Positions 54,265 to 64,000 of a stretch of DNA of 64,000 nucleotides are shown one piece after another; the stretch's first letter is position 1, and every line of letters begins with the position of its first letter. Origin of the DNA: Rhodospirillaceae bacterium (lineage in GTDB: Bacteria; Pseudomonadota; Alphaproteobacteria; UBA6615); assembly GCA_002713365.1 (NCBI GenBank), contig PASR01000011.1, positions 5,527-69,526 on the forward strand, written 5' to 3'. Position numbers and translations under genes: made by a program. Under the pieces are notes generated by a model. It worked only from the letters and a program-made list of their open reading frames with translations. It did no database searches and had not been told where the DNA came from.

Positions 54265-54744
54265 TTATGGCATGTCGCTGAAATATTCAGCTGCACCGCC
54301 TTCAAGCTTATTTTCATCAACTTCAAATAGTTCAAGAAGTACATTATCTGGAGCAGGGCACATTATATATTTCCATGCCCCAAAGTCATGAATGTTGCTG
54401 CGAAATTTGATGCCGGAATCAGTTAACTTTTTTGCTAGTTTTTCAAGATTATTAGTCCTAATTCCTAAGTGATGAACAGCGCCTTTACCATCATCACGCA
54501 AGCTTTGTTCATAAAAGTGTATTCTGCCACTTCCTACACGCATGAAAATATTACGAGCTCCACCAAAATCGCCATCATATATTACTATACCTCCAAGCAT
54601 ATCGCGCCACCAGTTTATGGTCGTATTTATGTCTTTGGTAAATAAATGCACGTGATGAAAATGTTCAACCATTTGAAAAATCCTGGTATTTGTTATAGTT
54701 AGCACAAACCCTAAACTACCCCTACTATTCAACAGAAGAAGCAT
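54265..54744 (-). CDS. VOC family protein (glyoxalase/bleomycin resistance/dioxygenase fold)
   Basis: 159 aa with HHVHLFTKD start and paired beta-alpha-beta-beta-beta modules. Confidence 0.7.
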   Translation of the reverse strand: MLLLLNSRGSLGFVLTITNTRIFQMVEHFHHVHLFTKDINTTINWWRDMLGGIVIYDGDFGGARNIFMRVGSGRIHFYEQSLRDDGKGAVHHLGIRTNNLEKLAKKLTDSGIKFRSNIHDFGAWKYIMCPAPDNVLLELFEVDENKLEGGAAEYFSDMP

Positions 54745-54832
54745 GGTGGTTTTTAAAACTAAACTATCATATTTATATTACTGCTGGACTAGTGTTGATT
54801 GTTAACAGTGAGACAAACTAAGAGTCTAGAGC

Positions 54833-55717
54833 ATGATTGATTCAAAGTTACATTATTCTAAAAAATCTATCACAGTAAAAGATAGAAAAATGGCATTTAT
54901 TGAAATTGGTACAGGTGATCCTATAGTTTTTATTCACGGCAATGCAAATTCATCCTACATGTGGAGAAATATATTACCCTATATGGAAGATTTGGGGCGG
55001 CTAATTGCTATTGATAATATAGGTCAAGGTGATTCTGATAAGCTTCCGGAATCTGGTCCTGGATCATATACGTTAGCAGAGCACCAAATTTATATAAATG
55101 GAATAATGGATGCTTTGAATATTAACAAAAATGTGACTTTGGTAATGCACGATTGGGGAGGGCCTCTTGGTTTAACCTGGGCACGTTCTAATTCTCAGTA
55201 TATAAAGGGACTCGTTCATTGCGAGATAGTTGTAGGTAATCATTCCAGTTATGATGAATACCCAGATAGTCATGGTGAGCGTCTTAAAAGAGTTCGCGGG
55301 CAAGATGGCGAAGAATTGGTAATGACAGATAACTATTTTATTGAAAAAATATTTACTGGTGGAGTAATTCGTAATATTGATGACGAGACTATGGCTGAAA
55401 TCCGTCGGCCTTATGAAGGGTCTCGAGAGAATCGTCGACCAACATTAACATGGCCTCGACAGATACCCATTGAAGGTAAACCGAAAGATGTTGCTGACTT
55501 AGTAAATAAACTGTCTTTGTGGATGACTGAGAACAATATACCTAAGCTATTTATTCGTGCTGAACCTGGTCAAATTTTATTTGGTCGCGATTTAGAAATT
55601 ATTGATTCTTGGACTAATCAGAAAACTGTTACTGTACATGGTTTGCATCATCCTCAAGAAGATTCACCTGATGATATAGGGGTTGCATTGAGAGACTGGT
55701 ATAAATCAATTAGTTAG
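54833..55717 (+). CDS. haloalkane dehalogenase-like alpha/beta hydrolase (HLD-II type)
   Basis: IHGNANSSYMWRNI N-terminal motif and Asp nucleophile elbow VMHDWGG. 294 aa. Confidence 0.7.
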   Translation: MIDSKLHYSKKSITVKDRKMAFIEIGTGDPIVFIHGNANSSYMWRNILPYMEDLGRLIAIDNIGQGDSDKLPESGPGSYTLAEHQIYINGIMDALNINKNVTLVMHDWGGPLGLTWARSNSQYIKGLVHCEIVVGNHSSYDEYPDSHGERLKRVRGQDGEELVMTDNYFIEKIFTGGVIRNIDDETMAEIRRPYEGSRENRRPTLTWPRQIPIEGKPKDVADLVNKLSLWMTENNIPKLFIRAEPGQILFGRDLEIIDSWTNQKTVTVHGLHHPQEDSPDDIGVALRDWYKSIS

Positions 55718-55747
55718 TTTTTTATGGAAAAATAGCTGAGTATTAAT

Positions 55748-56656
55748 ATGATCAATCATGAAAAAGTTTGGGAAGAAATACATTATTATTCTGACGGCCT
55801 GAAAATTTCTGGATTTTTATATAAACCTAAAGATTGGAAGCAAGGTGATCCTGATCGTCCTGCCATAGTAGTTTTACATGGTTATAGTGGTATGAAAGAT
55901 GTTTATGGAATGGATGTACCGCATTGGTTATGGGACGCTGGGTACTTTGTTTTATCTTGGGATTATCCAGGTTTTGGAGTTAGCGAAGGTGAACGTGGTC
56001 GTCACCGGCCACTAGAGCAGGCTCAAGCAACGTATGATTCAGTAACATACCTGGAAACTGTTGATGGGGTTGACCCTAGCAGAATTGCTTATTATGGCTC
56101 CAGCTGGGGAGGGGCTAATGCTATATGGTGCGGCGCTTTTGACGAAAGAGTTAAAGTTATTGTATCCGCTGTAATGGTTTCTGATGGAGAGAGATGGATG
56201 CAAAGTGTTCGTCGTCCTCATGAATGGCAAGCATTTGTAAAACAGATTAAAGATGCTGAAAGAAAACGAGTTCTAACCGGAGAGAAAACGACTGCTCCAT
56301 TGGGTGATATTATGTTATTAGACCCTCATACGCGTGATGTCATTGAGAATTTTCATTCAAAAGATCATCGTTTTAACCCTGAATATGATTTAGAAAGTGC
56401 TGCTGCCTGTTGGCGCTATAAGCCGGAGTGGGTAGCCCATCGCATTTCGCCACGACCAGTGCTTTTGGTCTATTCTGAGTTTGATATGTTGGTTCCGGTT
56501 AACGAGCAATTAAAATGTTATGAAGCCTTAGGGGAACCCAAAAAATTAGTTAAAATACCTAATGCTCAACATTACGATTCTTACTATATGACTAATCCTG
56601 AACTGCATGAAATTCAGAAAATTGAAGTTCTGGAATGGTACGCTAAATATCTTTAG
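55748..56656 (+). CDS. alpha/beta hydrolase (Ser nucleophile, dienelactone hydrolase/esterase-like)
   Basis: HGYSGM oxyanion region and nucleophile elbow GSSWGG. Confidence 0.65.
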   Translation: MINHEKVWEEIHYYSDGLKISGFLYKPKDWKQGDPDRPAIVVLHGYSGMKDVYGMDVPHWLWDAGYFVLSWDYPGFGVSEGERGRHRPLEQAQATYDSVTYLETVDGVDPSRIAYYGSSWGGANAIWCGAFDERVKVIVSAVMVSDGERWMQSVRRPHEWQAFVKQIKDAERKRVLTGEKTTAPLGDIMLLDPHTRDVIENFHSKDHRFNPEYDLESAAACWRYKPEWVAHRISPRPVLLVYSEFDMLVPVNEQLKCYEALGEPKKLVKIPNAQHYDSYYMTNPELHEIQKIEVLEWYAKYL

Positions 56657-56674
56657 GTTTAAGTGGAGAATAAT

Positions 56675-58336
56675 ATGGAACGTACAGGTGGACAGGTTTT
56701 AGTAAAGGCCTTGGAGCTTAATGGTATTAATACAGTTTTTTGCGTTCCTGGGGAAAGTTATCTTGGAGCACTTGATGCGTTTTATGATGTACGTGATTCT
56801 ATACGAGTCATTACTTGTAGACATGAAAGCGGTGCATCCTATGCAGCTGAAGCACATGGAAAATTAACTGGTGAGCCAGGAATTGCATTTGTTACAAGGG
56901 GTCCTGGTGCCTGTAATGCAAGCATTGGTGTGCATACAGCTTTCCAAGATTCCTCTCCCATGATACTTTTTATAGGTCAGGTCCCGCGAGATTTTAGGGG
57001 TCGTGAGGCTTTTCAGGAAATTGATTTTACTTCCATGTACCAACCTTTATCTAAGTGGGCAGTCGAAGTTGAAGATCCGAAGCGGTTACCTGAAATTATT
57101 GCTAGAGCATTTGCTGTGGCCAAAGGTGGTCGCCCAGGTCCAGTGGTAATTTCATTGCCAGAAGATATGCTTGTTGAGAAAGTAAAAGTTGAAGACGCTT
57201 TAGCTGCTGAATTACCACACCCTGAGCCAGCAGATAATGATCTTAAAACCCTTAGCGATATGATGTCAGACGCAAATAAGCCGCTTGTTATATTCGGCGG
57301 TGGTGGCTGGACAGAGGAATCAGTAGAAGACCTGGAGGCTTTTTGCGAAGGAAATAGTTTACCTGCTATTGCTTCATTCAGAGTTCAAGATATTTTTAAC
57401 AATGATCATCCAAATTTTATAGGTGAACTTGGTTACAACACAAACCCAAAATTAGCGCAACGCGTAAAGAATTCAGATTTTATTTTAGCTATTGGCGCAA
57501 GGTTAGGAGAGACTGCAACGCAGGCATATACGTTAATTAAGGCTCCCAAGCCTGAACAAAAGCTAGTTCATGTTTTTGCAGATCATACAGAGCTCGGTCG
57601 TGTATTTCAGGCCGACCTCTTAATAGCTTCAGACGTTTCGGCATTCGTTAGTTCTGTTCGAAGAAATATTCAGGTGGATTCTAGTAAATGGGTTTCATGG
57701 CTAACAGAAGGTCGGTCAGATTTTGATGAGTGGACCGTACCTGGAAAATATCCAGGATCATTGAATCTTGCTGAAGCATTTTTGGCACTGCGTGATATTT
57801 TACCTAATGATGCAATTATAACTACAGATGCTGGTAATTTTGCAGGATGGATAAGTCGTTTTTTTAAATTTCGAAAATATAGAACTTTGCTTGGCCCAAC
57901 AAATGGATCTATGGGATACGGCATGCCAGCAGCTTTAGCAGCTAAGGCCGAGAGACCCGAACTACCGGTTATATGTTACGCAGGTGATGGAGGTATTTTA
58001 ATGACCGGAAATGAGTTGGCAACAGCCGTTCAGAATGATCTAGCTGTTGTACTTATTATTGCTAACAATAGTATGTATGGAACAATACGGATGCATGAGG
58101 AAAGAGAGTTTCCAGGCAGAGAAATTGCTACACAGCTGCAAAACCCTGATTTTGTAAGCTGGGCTGAATCCTTCGGTGCACTAGGTGAACGCGTTACTAA
58201 AACAGATGAATTTAGGCCGGCAGTAGAACGTGCTTTAGCAGCAAACTGTCCTTTTGTTATTGAGTTAATTCTCGATCAAGAGCTAATTTCTAGTAATATT
58301 ACCTTAACGCAATTACGAGCCCAGGCACAAAAATAA
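56675..58336 (+). CDS. thiamine pyrophosphate-dependent enzyme, acetolactate synthase-like
   Basis: Pyr, central and PP domains. TPP-binding GDGGILMTGNELATA...N. The ATG at 56675 (GGAG 7 nt upstream) is preferred over the GTG at 56663. Confidence 0.75.
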   Translation: MERTGGQVLVKALELNGINTVFCVPGESYLGALDAFYDVRDSIRVITCRHESGASYAAEAHGKLTGEPGIAFVTRGPGACNASIGVHTAFQDSSPMILFIGQVPRDFRGREAFQEIDFTSMYQPLSKWAVEVEDPKRLPEIIARAFAVAKGGRPGPVVISLPEDMLVEKVKVEDALAAELPHPEPADNDLKTLSDMMSDANKPLVIFGGGGWTEESVEDLEAFCEGNSLPAIASFRVQDIFNNDHPNFIGELGYNTNPKLAQRVKNSDFILAIGARLGETATQAYTLIKAPKPEQKLVHVFADHTELGRVFQADLLIASDVSAFVSSVRRNIQVDSSKWVSWLTEGRSDFDEWTVPGKYPGSLNLAEAFLALRDILPNDAIITTDAGNFAGWISRFFKFRKYRTLLGPTNGSMGYGMPAALAAKAERPELPVICYAGDGGILMTGNELATAVQNDLAVVLIIANNSMYGTIRMHEEREFPGREIATQLQNPDFVSWAESFGALGERVTKTDEFRPAVERALAANCPFVIELILDQELISSNITLTQLRAQAQK

Positions 58337-58352
58337 AATTGAGAGATTCTCT

Positions 58353-58910
58353 ATGGGTCTAAAAAAGAAAAAAGCTATTTTTCTTGATCGCGATGGAGTG
58401 ATTAATGTTGATAGTGGCTATATATGGAGAATTGAAGACTTTGTATTCTATGAGGGCGTTTTTGAAGCTTGCAGATACGCTCGTGAATTGGGCTATGTTT
58501 TAATTGTAGTTACTAACCAGGCTGGCATTGGTCGGGGCATTTTTAGCGAGTCAGACTATCAAAATCTAACTTCGTGGATGTGCAGACGTTTTGCCGATCA
58601 TGATATAGAATTAGCAGGTGTTTTTCACGCACCCACTCATCCGCAAGAAGGTATAGGTATATACAAAAGAGAATCTATAGATCGTAAACCTGGACCTGGA
58701 ATGATACTAAAAGCTAGCAAAACAATGGGAATTGATTTAGAAAAATCAGCTATGGTTGGCGATCGTGAAACCGACATTGAAGCTGCAATAAATGCTGGGG
58801 TAGGAAAAAAAATACTGATTAATTTAGGCTTATCGGCTAATTCTACAAAAGCTGATGTTATCTTACCTTCTTTGTCAGAGGCTATAGACTGGTTATCTAA
58901 AAATAACTAA
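58353..58910 (+). CDS. HAD-IIIA phosphatase, D,D-heptose 1,7-bisphosphate phosphatase (GmhB)-like
   Basis: DxDx(T/V) motif FLDRDGVIN, VTNQ and GDRETD motifs. 185 aa. Confidence 0.7.
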   Translation: MGLKKKKAIFLDRDGVINVDSGYIWRIEDFVFYEGVFEACRYARELGYVLIVVTNQAGIGRGIFSESDYQNLTSWMCRRFADHDIELAGVFHAPTHPQEGIGIYKRESIDRKPGPGMILKASKTMGIDLEKSAMVGDRETDIEAAINAGVGKKILINLGLSANSTKADVILPSLSEAIDWLSKNN

Positions 58911-58920
58911 TTTAACAACA

Positions 58921-59523
58921 CTAGTTGCCATCTAATCGCCAGATCATCATCTCAAGACGGTCTTGTCCAAAAAATAATTCTCCATCCAAAACCATCGAAG
59001 GTACACTCCATACTCCCAGTGACAAAGCTTCATCAGTATTGGAAGACATTTCATCAGCAACTGACTTATTTTCTATTGCTGACATCAGTGTTTTACTATC
59101 CAAACCGACACTTTCTATTATCTTTGCTACATCTGCCTTATCGTCAATATTCAATTCATCGACCCAACAGCCGCGCATAAGTGCGCGTGTTAATCTATAG
59201 ACATCTTGTCCCGATTGTAAGGCAGCAATAATTGCGTATGAAGATAAATGAAAAGCGGCAGGAAAATATTTGGGATGAGAGTTTATTTCTGTTTTTCTCC
59301 AGGCTGCCCAACGCGGTAACTCTAATAAACGATAATCTTGTAATACTTGTGGTCTATTACCCAGAGGTTGTCCAGCTCCTGCTTCCTTCCACGATCTACC
59401 AACATCAATCGGTTTAAATGCAATCGAACGATCGTATGATTCAGCAATACTATTAAGTTTATCAATTGCCAAATAAGACCATGGCGACACGCAAGCAAAG
59501 TAGAAGTTAATAGGGTCAGCCAT
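58921..59523 (-). CDS. 2-hydroxychromene-2-carboxylate isomerase / DsbA-like thioredoxin-fold protein
   Basis: N-terminus INFYFACVSPWSYLA is typical of the HCCA isomerase family. Confidence 0.65.
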   Translation of the reverse strand: MADPINFYFACVSPWSYLAIDKLNSIAESYDRSIAFKPIDVGRSWKEAGAGQPLGNRPQVLQDYRLLELPRWAAWRKTEINSHPKYFPAAFHLSSYAIIAALQSGQDVYRLTRALMRGCWVDELNIDDKADVAKIIESVGLDSKTLMSAIENKSVADEMSSNTDEALSLGVWSVPSMVLDGELFFGQDRLEMMIWRLDGN

Positions 59524-59573
59524 AATTACTCTCCGGTTAATTTAGAATTCATTAATAATATATTTGTGTTTGT

Positions 59574-61361
59574 CTAGAAAGAGTTTTCAGGTAAGGCTAG
59601 AACTGAGCCACTTCCTCTAGTTATCTCTGGTAAAAATATATTTGCACGTGGAAGCACATGATCAGCATAAAATCTTGCAGTTATAATTTTGGCTTCTAAA
59701 AATGGCCGATCTTCAGAATTTGGAAGATTTCTATGAGCAGCAAGAGCTGAGCGTGCCATAAGCCAACCACCAACAACAGTGCCAGTTAAGTGCAGAAAAG
59801 GGGTGGCCCCAGAAAATTTTGTATCTATATCGTTGTTCTTCGGATCCAGTAGCCATTCTGATGCTATTCGTAGAGAATTAAGTCCTTCACGCAATGATTT
59901 TTGTATTGCTTTGCAATCAGCATCCTCTGTTTCAGTTAATTCTTCATCTATTCCTTCAATCTCACTTATAAGATTATCCATTGCGCTGCCTCCATCACGT
60001 AAAAACTTTCTACCCAATAAATCTATAGCTTGAATACCATTCGTGCCTTCGTAGATTGGGGCTATTCGGGAATCTCTAAAATACTGCGCTGCACCAGTTT
60101 CTTCTATAAACCCCATTCCACCATGTACTTGCAGGCCCATGGAAGCTATTTCTACTCCCAAGTCAGTGCACCAAGCTTTAACAACTGGCGTAAGTAAATC
60201 CATTCGGGCATTATTAATATCTCTAATTTTTTTATCCGTGTGGTTTCTTGATATATCTAGCGTTGAGTTAGTATAATATGCGAGAGCTCTCATAGCTTCT
60301 ACTTGAGACCTCATCATCATTAACATCCTTCTAACGTCGGGATGTTTTATGATCGTTGTTGATTCTTTATTTCCACTTATGGCTGCAGATTGAACTCTTG
60401 ATTTTGCAAACTCTACTGCTTGTTGATAGGCACGTTCGCCAATTGCCACTCCCTGAAGCCCTACATTTAGGCGGGCATTATTCATCATAGTAAACATACA
60501 TCGCAGGCCATCATTTTCTTTTCCTACTAGATAACCGATAGCTCCTTCATTATCACCGTAAGCCATTACGCATGTTGGACTGGCATGAATGCCCAGCTTA
60601 TGTTCTATATTTACAGCAAAAACATCGTTCCTCTTTCCTAGACTTCCATCTTCGTTTACTAAGAACTTTGGCACTAAAAAAAGGCTGATACCTTTTACAC
60701 CAGGGGGGGCATCTGGTAGCCGCGCAAGAACCAGATGAACTATATTTTTAGTAAAATCTTGTTCTCCATAAGTAATGTATATTTTTTGACCTGTAATTCG
60801 GTAATTTTCTCCATCTCGCTTTGCTCGAGTTTTCAATAAACTCATGTCGGTACCGGCTTGTGGCTCTGTAAGATTCATGGTGCCAGTCCATTCACCGCTT
60901 ATAAGTTTTGGAAGAAATTTCTTGCTTAGTTGTGGTGTTGCATGTGCTATCACGGCCTCGATTGCCCCAAGAGTTAGAAGGGGACAAAGAGCCCATGCTA
61001 AATTAGCTGACTGCCACATCTCTTGTAGTGAAGTTGTTAACGTCCATGGTAAGCTCATTCCTCCATGTTTTGTTTCAAATGGAGTGCCATTCCAACCTCC
61101 TTCAATAAAACTTGCGTAAGCCTCTTTGAAACCAACCGGGGTCGTGACATTGCCATCTGTTAGAACCGATGCCTCTTGGTCGCCACTTTGATTTAAAGGC
61201 GCTAGGACCTCACTAGTAAATTTAGCAGATTCGTTTAGAATATGATCAACCATGTCGCGGGTTATTTCTGAGAATGTTGGCAAGCTACTAAGCCCCTTAA
61301 GGTCGCATAACTCATCAAAAACAAAGAGCATATCTTTAACAGGAGGATTATAATCAGACAT
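59574..61361 (-). CDS. acyl-CoA dehydrogenase, long form (~595 aa) with C-terminal extension
   Basis: ACAD N-terminal, middle and C-terminal domains (GGMGFIEETG). Extended C-terminal helical domain. Confidence 0.8.
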   Translation of the reverse strand: MSDYNPPVKDMLFVFDELCDLKGLSSLPTFSEITRDMVDHILNESAKFTSEVLAPLNQSGDQEASVLTDGNVTTPVGFKEAYASFIEGGWNGTPFETKHGGMSLPWTLTTSLQEMWQSANLAWALCPLLTLGAIEAVIAHATPQLSKKFLPKLISGEWTGTMNLTEPQAGTDMSLLKTRAKRDGENYRITGQKIYITYGEQDFTKNIVHLVLARLPDAPPGVKGISLFLVPKFLVNEDGSLGKRNDVFAVNIEHKLGIHASPTCVMAYGDNEGAIGYLVGKENDGLRCMFTMMNNARLNVGLQGVAIGERAYQQAVEFAKSRVQSAAISGNKESTTIIKHPDVRRMLMMMRSQVEAMRALAYYTNSTLDISRNHTDKKIRDINNARMDLLTPVVKAWCTDLGVEIASMGLQVHGGMGFIEETGAAQYFRDSRIAPIYEGTNGIQAIDLLGRKFLRDGGSAMDNLISEIEGIDEELTETEDADCKAIQKSLREGLNSLRIASEWLLDPKNNDIDTKFSGATPFLHLTGTVVGGWLMARSALAAHRNLPNSEDRPFLEAKIITARFYADHVLPRANIFLPEITRGSGSVLALPENSF

Positions 61362-61443
61362 AAATATTTCCTATTTGGAGGTATTTGGTTGAATTAAATT
61401 AAGGATATAATTAGTTCTCTATTTTAACGCTAAAGGAATTTAT

Positions 61444-62866
61444 TCATAGAATTTTACCAGGGTTCATTATACCAGTTGGATCAAATGATTTCTTTATATT
61501 TTGCATAAGTTCTATCTCTACTGCTGATTTGTATTTTAGGAGTTCATTGACCTTGAACATGCCTATACCATGTTCGGCACTGAAGCTACCTTTTAGATCG
61601 TCAACAATTTCAACTACTATGTCGGTAATATCATGCCACCTTGAAAGAAATTTTTCATTATCTGCGCCAATAGGTTGTTGTAAATTATAGTGAATATTTC
61701 CGTCACCAATATGGCCAAAGGCAATAGGACGGATACCCGGAAAGTAATTAGAAAGTACAGTATTAGCTCGGTGAATAAATTCTGGAACTTTGGATATTGG
61801 AACTGAAACGTCATTTTTTATACTAGCACCTTCTAGGCTTTGTGCTAATACCATACCCTCACGTATAAACCACATCTGCTCCCGTTGATTTACTGATTGG
61901 CAAATCACGGCGTCCACTAATAGTTCTTCTTCATGTGCCTCTGATAAAAAACGTTCCATTACTAAATTAAGTTCACTATTTTTAGATCCGGACTCAAACT
62001 CTATTAGCGCATAATATTCATGTTTATCAAGCATTGGATCAACAGTGCCTGGAAAATGTTTTAAAGATAGGTCCAAACCTATTCTTGGGATTAGCTCGAA
62101 CGTCGAAATAGTATCGGCACTTGCTAAACGTGCTTTGCTTAATAGTTCAATCACTGTCTCCAGGTTTTTAAGGGCAACGAAACTAGTTTGACGTTCTAGA
62201 GGAATTGGAAATAACTTCAAGACCGCGCCAGTTATAACGCCTGAGGTTCCTTCAGAGCCGATAAATATTTGTTTTAAATTGTAACCAGTATTGTCTTTAC
62301 GAAGAGATTTTAGGCCATCCCAAATTTTTCCATTAGGCAGTACTACTTCTAGACCTAGCGTGAGTTCACGTGTGTTTCCATATCTAAGAACAGCAGTACC
62401 TCCAGCGTTGGTTGCTAGATTTCCACCAATTTGGCACGAGCCCTCCGCTCCTAAACTTAGAGGAAAATAGCGACTGTTTTCTTCAGCAGTTTTTTGTAAT
62501 TCTGCCAAGATACACCCTGCATCCACAGTCATTGTATAATTATAAGGGTCTACATCCCGTACTTTATTTAATCTTTCTAAGTTAATTATTATTTCTCCAC
62601 TTGCTATACCACCACCGCATAGTCCCGTATTTCCGCCTTGCGGTACCATAGCAACTTTATGTTCACTACAGATATTAACAACCGCTGCTACTTCAGTAGT
62701 AGATTTTGGCCTGATTATGGCTGGACTATTGCCTACAAAGATTCCTCTAGATTCTTTAAGGTAAGGCTCCATATCAGTTGAATTTATTAAGATACCATTT
62801 ACACCTACGACCTTAGTGATTTTATCAAGAATATCTTTTGACAATTCTGGTAATTTATCTTTGGAA
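61444..62866 (-). CDS. FAD-binding oxidoreductase, GlcD/D-2-hydroxyacid dehydrogenase-like
   Basis: PCMH FAD-binding domain (PQGGNTGLCGG) and FAD-linked oxidase C-terminal domain. Start at the MNIFSKD ATG (62866) preferred. Confidence 0.75.
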
Positions 62867-62937
62867 AATATATTCATAGGATCAAATTTAATCCTTATAT
62901 AAATTGTCGGCAAGTGAGTTAATCAATCTAAATCAAA

Positions 62938-63906
62938 TTAAGCTAGTATCGCTGCTCTTTTTAGACGGTCGTTAATAGCTCGGCCTAGTCCATATTTAGG
63001 AATAGGAGCTACTGCAATACCAGTAAATTTTGGTAAGTCCAACGCTCTTAGCATACTAAATAAATTAGCCGCTGCCTCACTAAGATCTCCGGAATTACTT
63101 AAATTTGATGTTACTGCAGCATTTGTTTCTGCTAACGCTCCAAAAGCCAGAAATGCTTCATCAGGTTCAGCAGACATTGCCTCCATCCTGAGCGGTAGTT
63201 TAGTTGCATAATGACGGGTTAACATCCCAGGAGATTTTATGGATATGCTTTTATCATTGCTCAAATCAGAAATAGGTCCATATCTATCATTTAGATCTTC
63301 AAGAGTTACCGCTCCATGTCTTAGTAAACTGGGGGAATTTCCAGTTAAGTCAATTACTGTAGACTCTAGCCCAATTCTACATGGTCCATCATCAATTATG
63401 ATATCGGTCAAGCCCTCAAGGGATTCTATTACATGTTCGGCTGTTGTTGGACTAACTGAGCCTGAAGCATTAGCGCTCGGAGCAGCAATTGGACCTCCAA
63501 AGCTTGATAGCAAGGCATTTGCTGTTGGATGAGATGGTACTCTTATGGCGACCGTGTCAAGACCAGCAGACACTAATAATGATAGATCGCTATCTTCACG
63601 TCTGGGTAGCACTAATGTAAGAGGTCCCGGCCAAAGCTCGTTAGCTATTTTTCGAGCTGAATCAGTGAAGTTTACATATTTTTCAGCGAGTTCTTTATTA
63701 TGCACATGAACTATAAGAGGATTAAATTGAGGGCGTTTTTTTGTAGAAAAAATGCTTGCTACGGCAATATCGTTACACGCATCCGCACCTAATCCATAAA
63801 CAGTTTCAGTAGGAAAAGCTACTAGGCCCCCATTAGCTAAAACTTTTACCGATTTATTTATTAATGACCTTCTTACGGTATTCATTTTAAACGTTTTACT
63901 TACCAT
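62938..63906 (-). CDS. L-threonylcarbamoyladenylate synthase (Sua5/TsaC type with Sua5 C-terminal domain)
   Basis: YrdC-like domain with VAFPTETVYGLGADA. 322 aa. Confidence 0.85.
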   Translation of the reverse strand: MVSKTFKMNTVRRSLINKSVKVLANGGLVAFPTETVYGLGADACNDIAVASIFSTKKRPQFNPLIVHVHNKELAEKYVNFTDSARKIANELWPGPLTLVLPRREDSDLSLLVSAGLDTVAIRVPSHPTANALLSSFGGPIAAPSANASGSVSPTTAEHVIESLEGLTDIIIDDGPCRIGLESTVIDLTGNSPSLLRHGAVTLEDLNDRYGPISDLSNDKSISIKSPGMLTRHYATKLPLRMEAMSAEPDEAFLAFGALAETNAAVTSNLSNSGDLSEAAANLFSMLRALDLPKFTGIAVAPIPKYGLGRAINDRLKRAAILA

Positions 63907-64000
63907 GAGAAATAAAGCTTGGATTCAAGAATTTATTTTTATATTTACCATAGACTAGCGGTTTACCATCTAATGTTTCTATATAGCCTCCTGCAGCTTC

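Noticed and set aside
63896-64000. 34-codon open frame on the minus strand running off the window end and overlapping the Sua5 start by 11 nt
   Set aside because: Too short and truncated to assign. It could be the C-terminus of an upstream gene or chance in AT-rich DNA.

Overview
This 64 kb window is a chromosomal segment from a low-GC (roughly high-30s % by eye) alphaproteobacterium, with gene order typical of Hyphomicrobiales-like or marine alphaproteobacteria. Coding density is high and no mobile elements, CRISPR arrays or recognisable defence systems are present. The first ~30 kb is core housekeeping: fused 5-oxoprolinase, gamma-glutamyltranspeptidase, fumC, sspB, a two-piece permuted tmRNA, thyA-folA, apbC, hflKC-degP, DUF1015, miaA, ilvIH-ilvC-leuA, mreBCD-mrdA-rodA and tRNA-Lys(CTT). 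After the tRNA the content turns into a long run of catabolic or accessory enzyme genes. These include a crotonase with two translationally coupled acyl-CoA dehydrogenases and an FAH-family enzyme, a cytosolic-carboxypeptidase-like M14 peptidase, tandem PRISE-type (progesterone-5-beta-reductase-like) SDRs and an AGPS-like flavoenzyme. Malate synthase G, gabD, tandem DUF849/BKACE enzymes and qor follow. Next comes a tight operon of a TAT-secreted two-domain multicopper oxidase, a ZIP-like permease with an N-terminal extracytoplasmic domain and a DtxR/MntR-family regulator. The remainder holds Gfo/Idh/MocA, LLM, rhodanese, MFS and VOC genes, a haloalkane-dehalogenase/alpha-beta-hydrolase/TPP-enzyme/HAD-phosphatase operon, an HCCA-isomerase-like protein, a large ACAD, a GlcD-like FAD oxidase and Sua5. 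The most notable RNA feature is the GC-rich two-piece tmRNA on the minus strand, which encodes the tag ANDNVEPTAVAA and sits immediately upstream of sspB, the ClpXP adaptor for SsrA-tagged proteins. All calls rest on ORF structure and recognisable motifs read by eye; no database searches were run.
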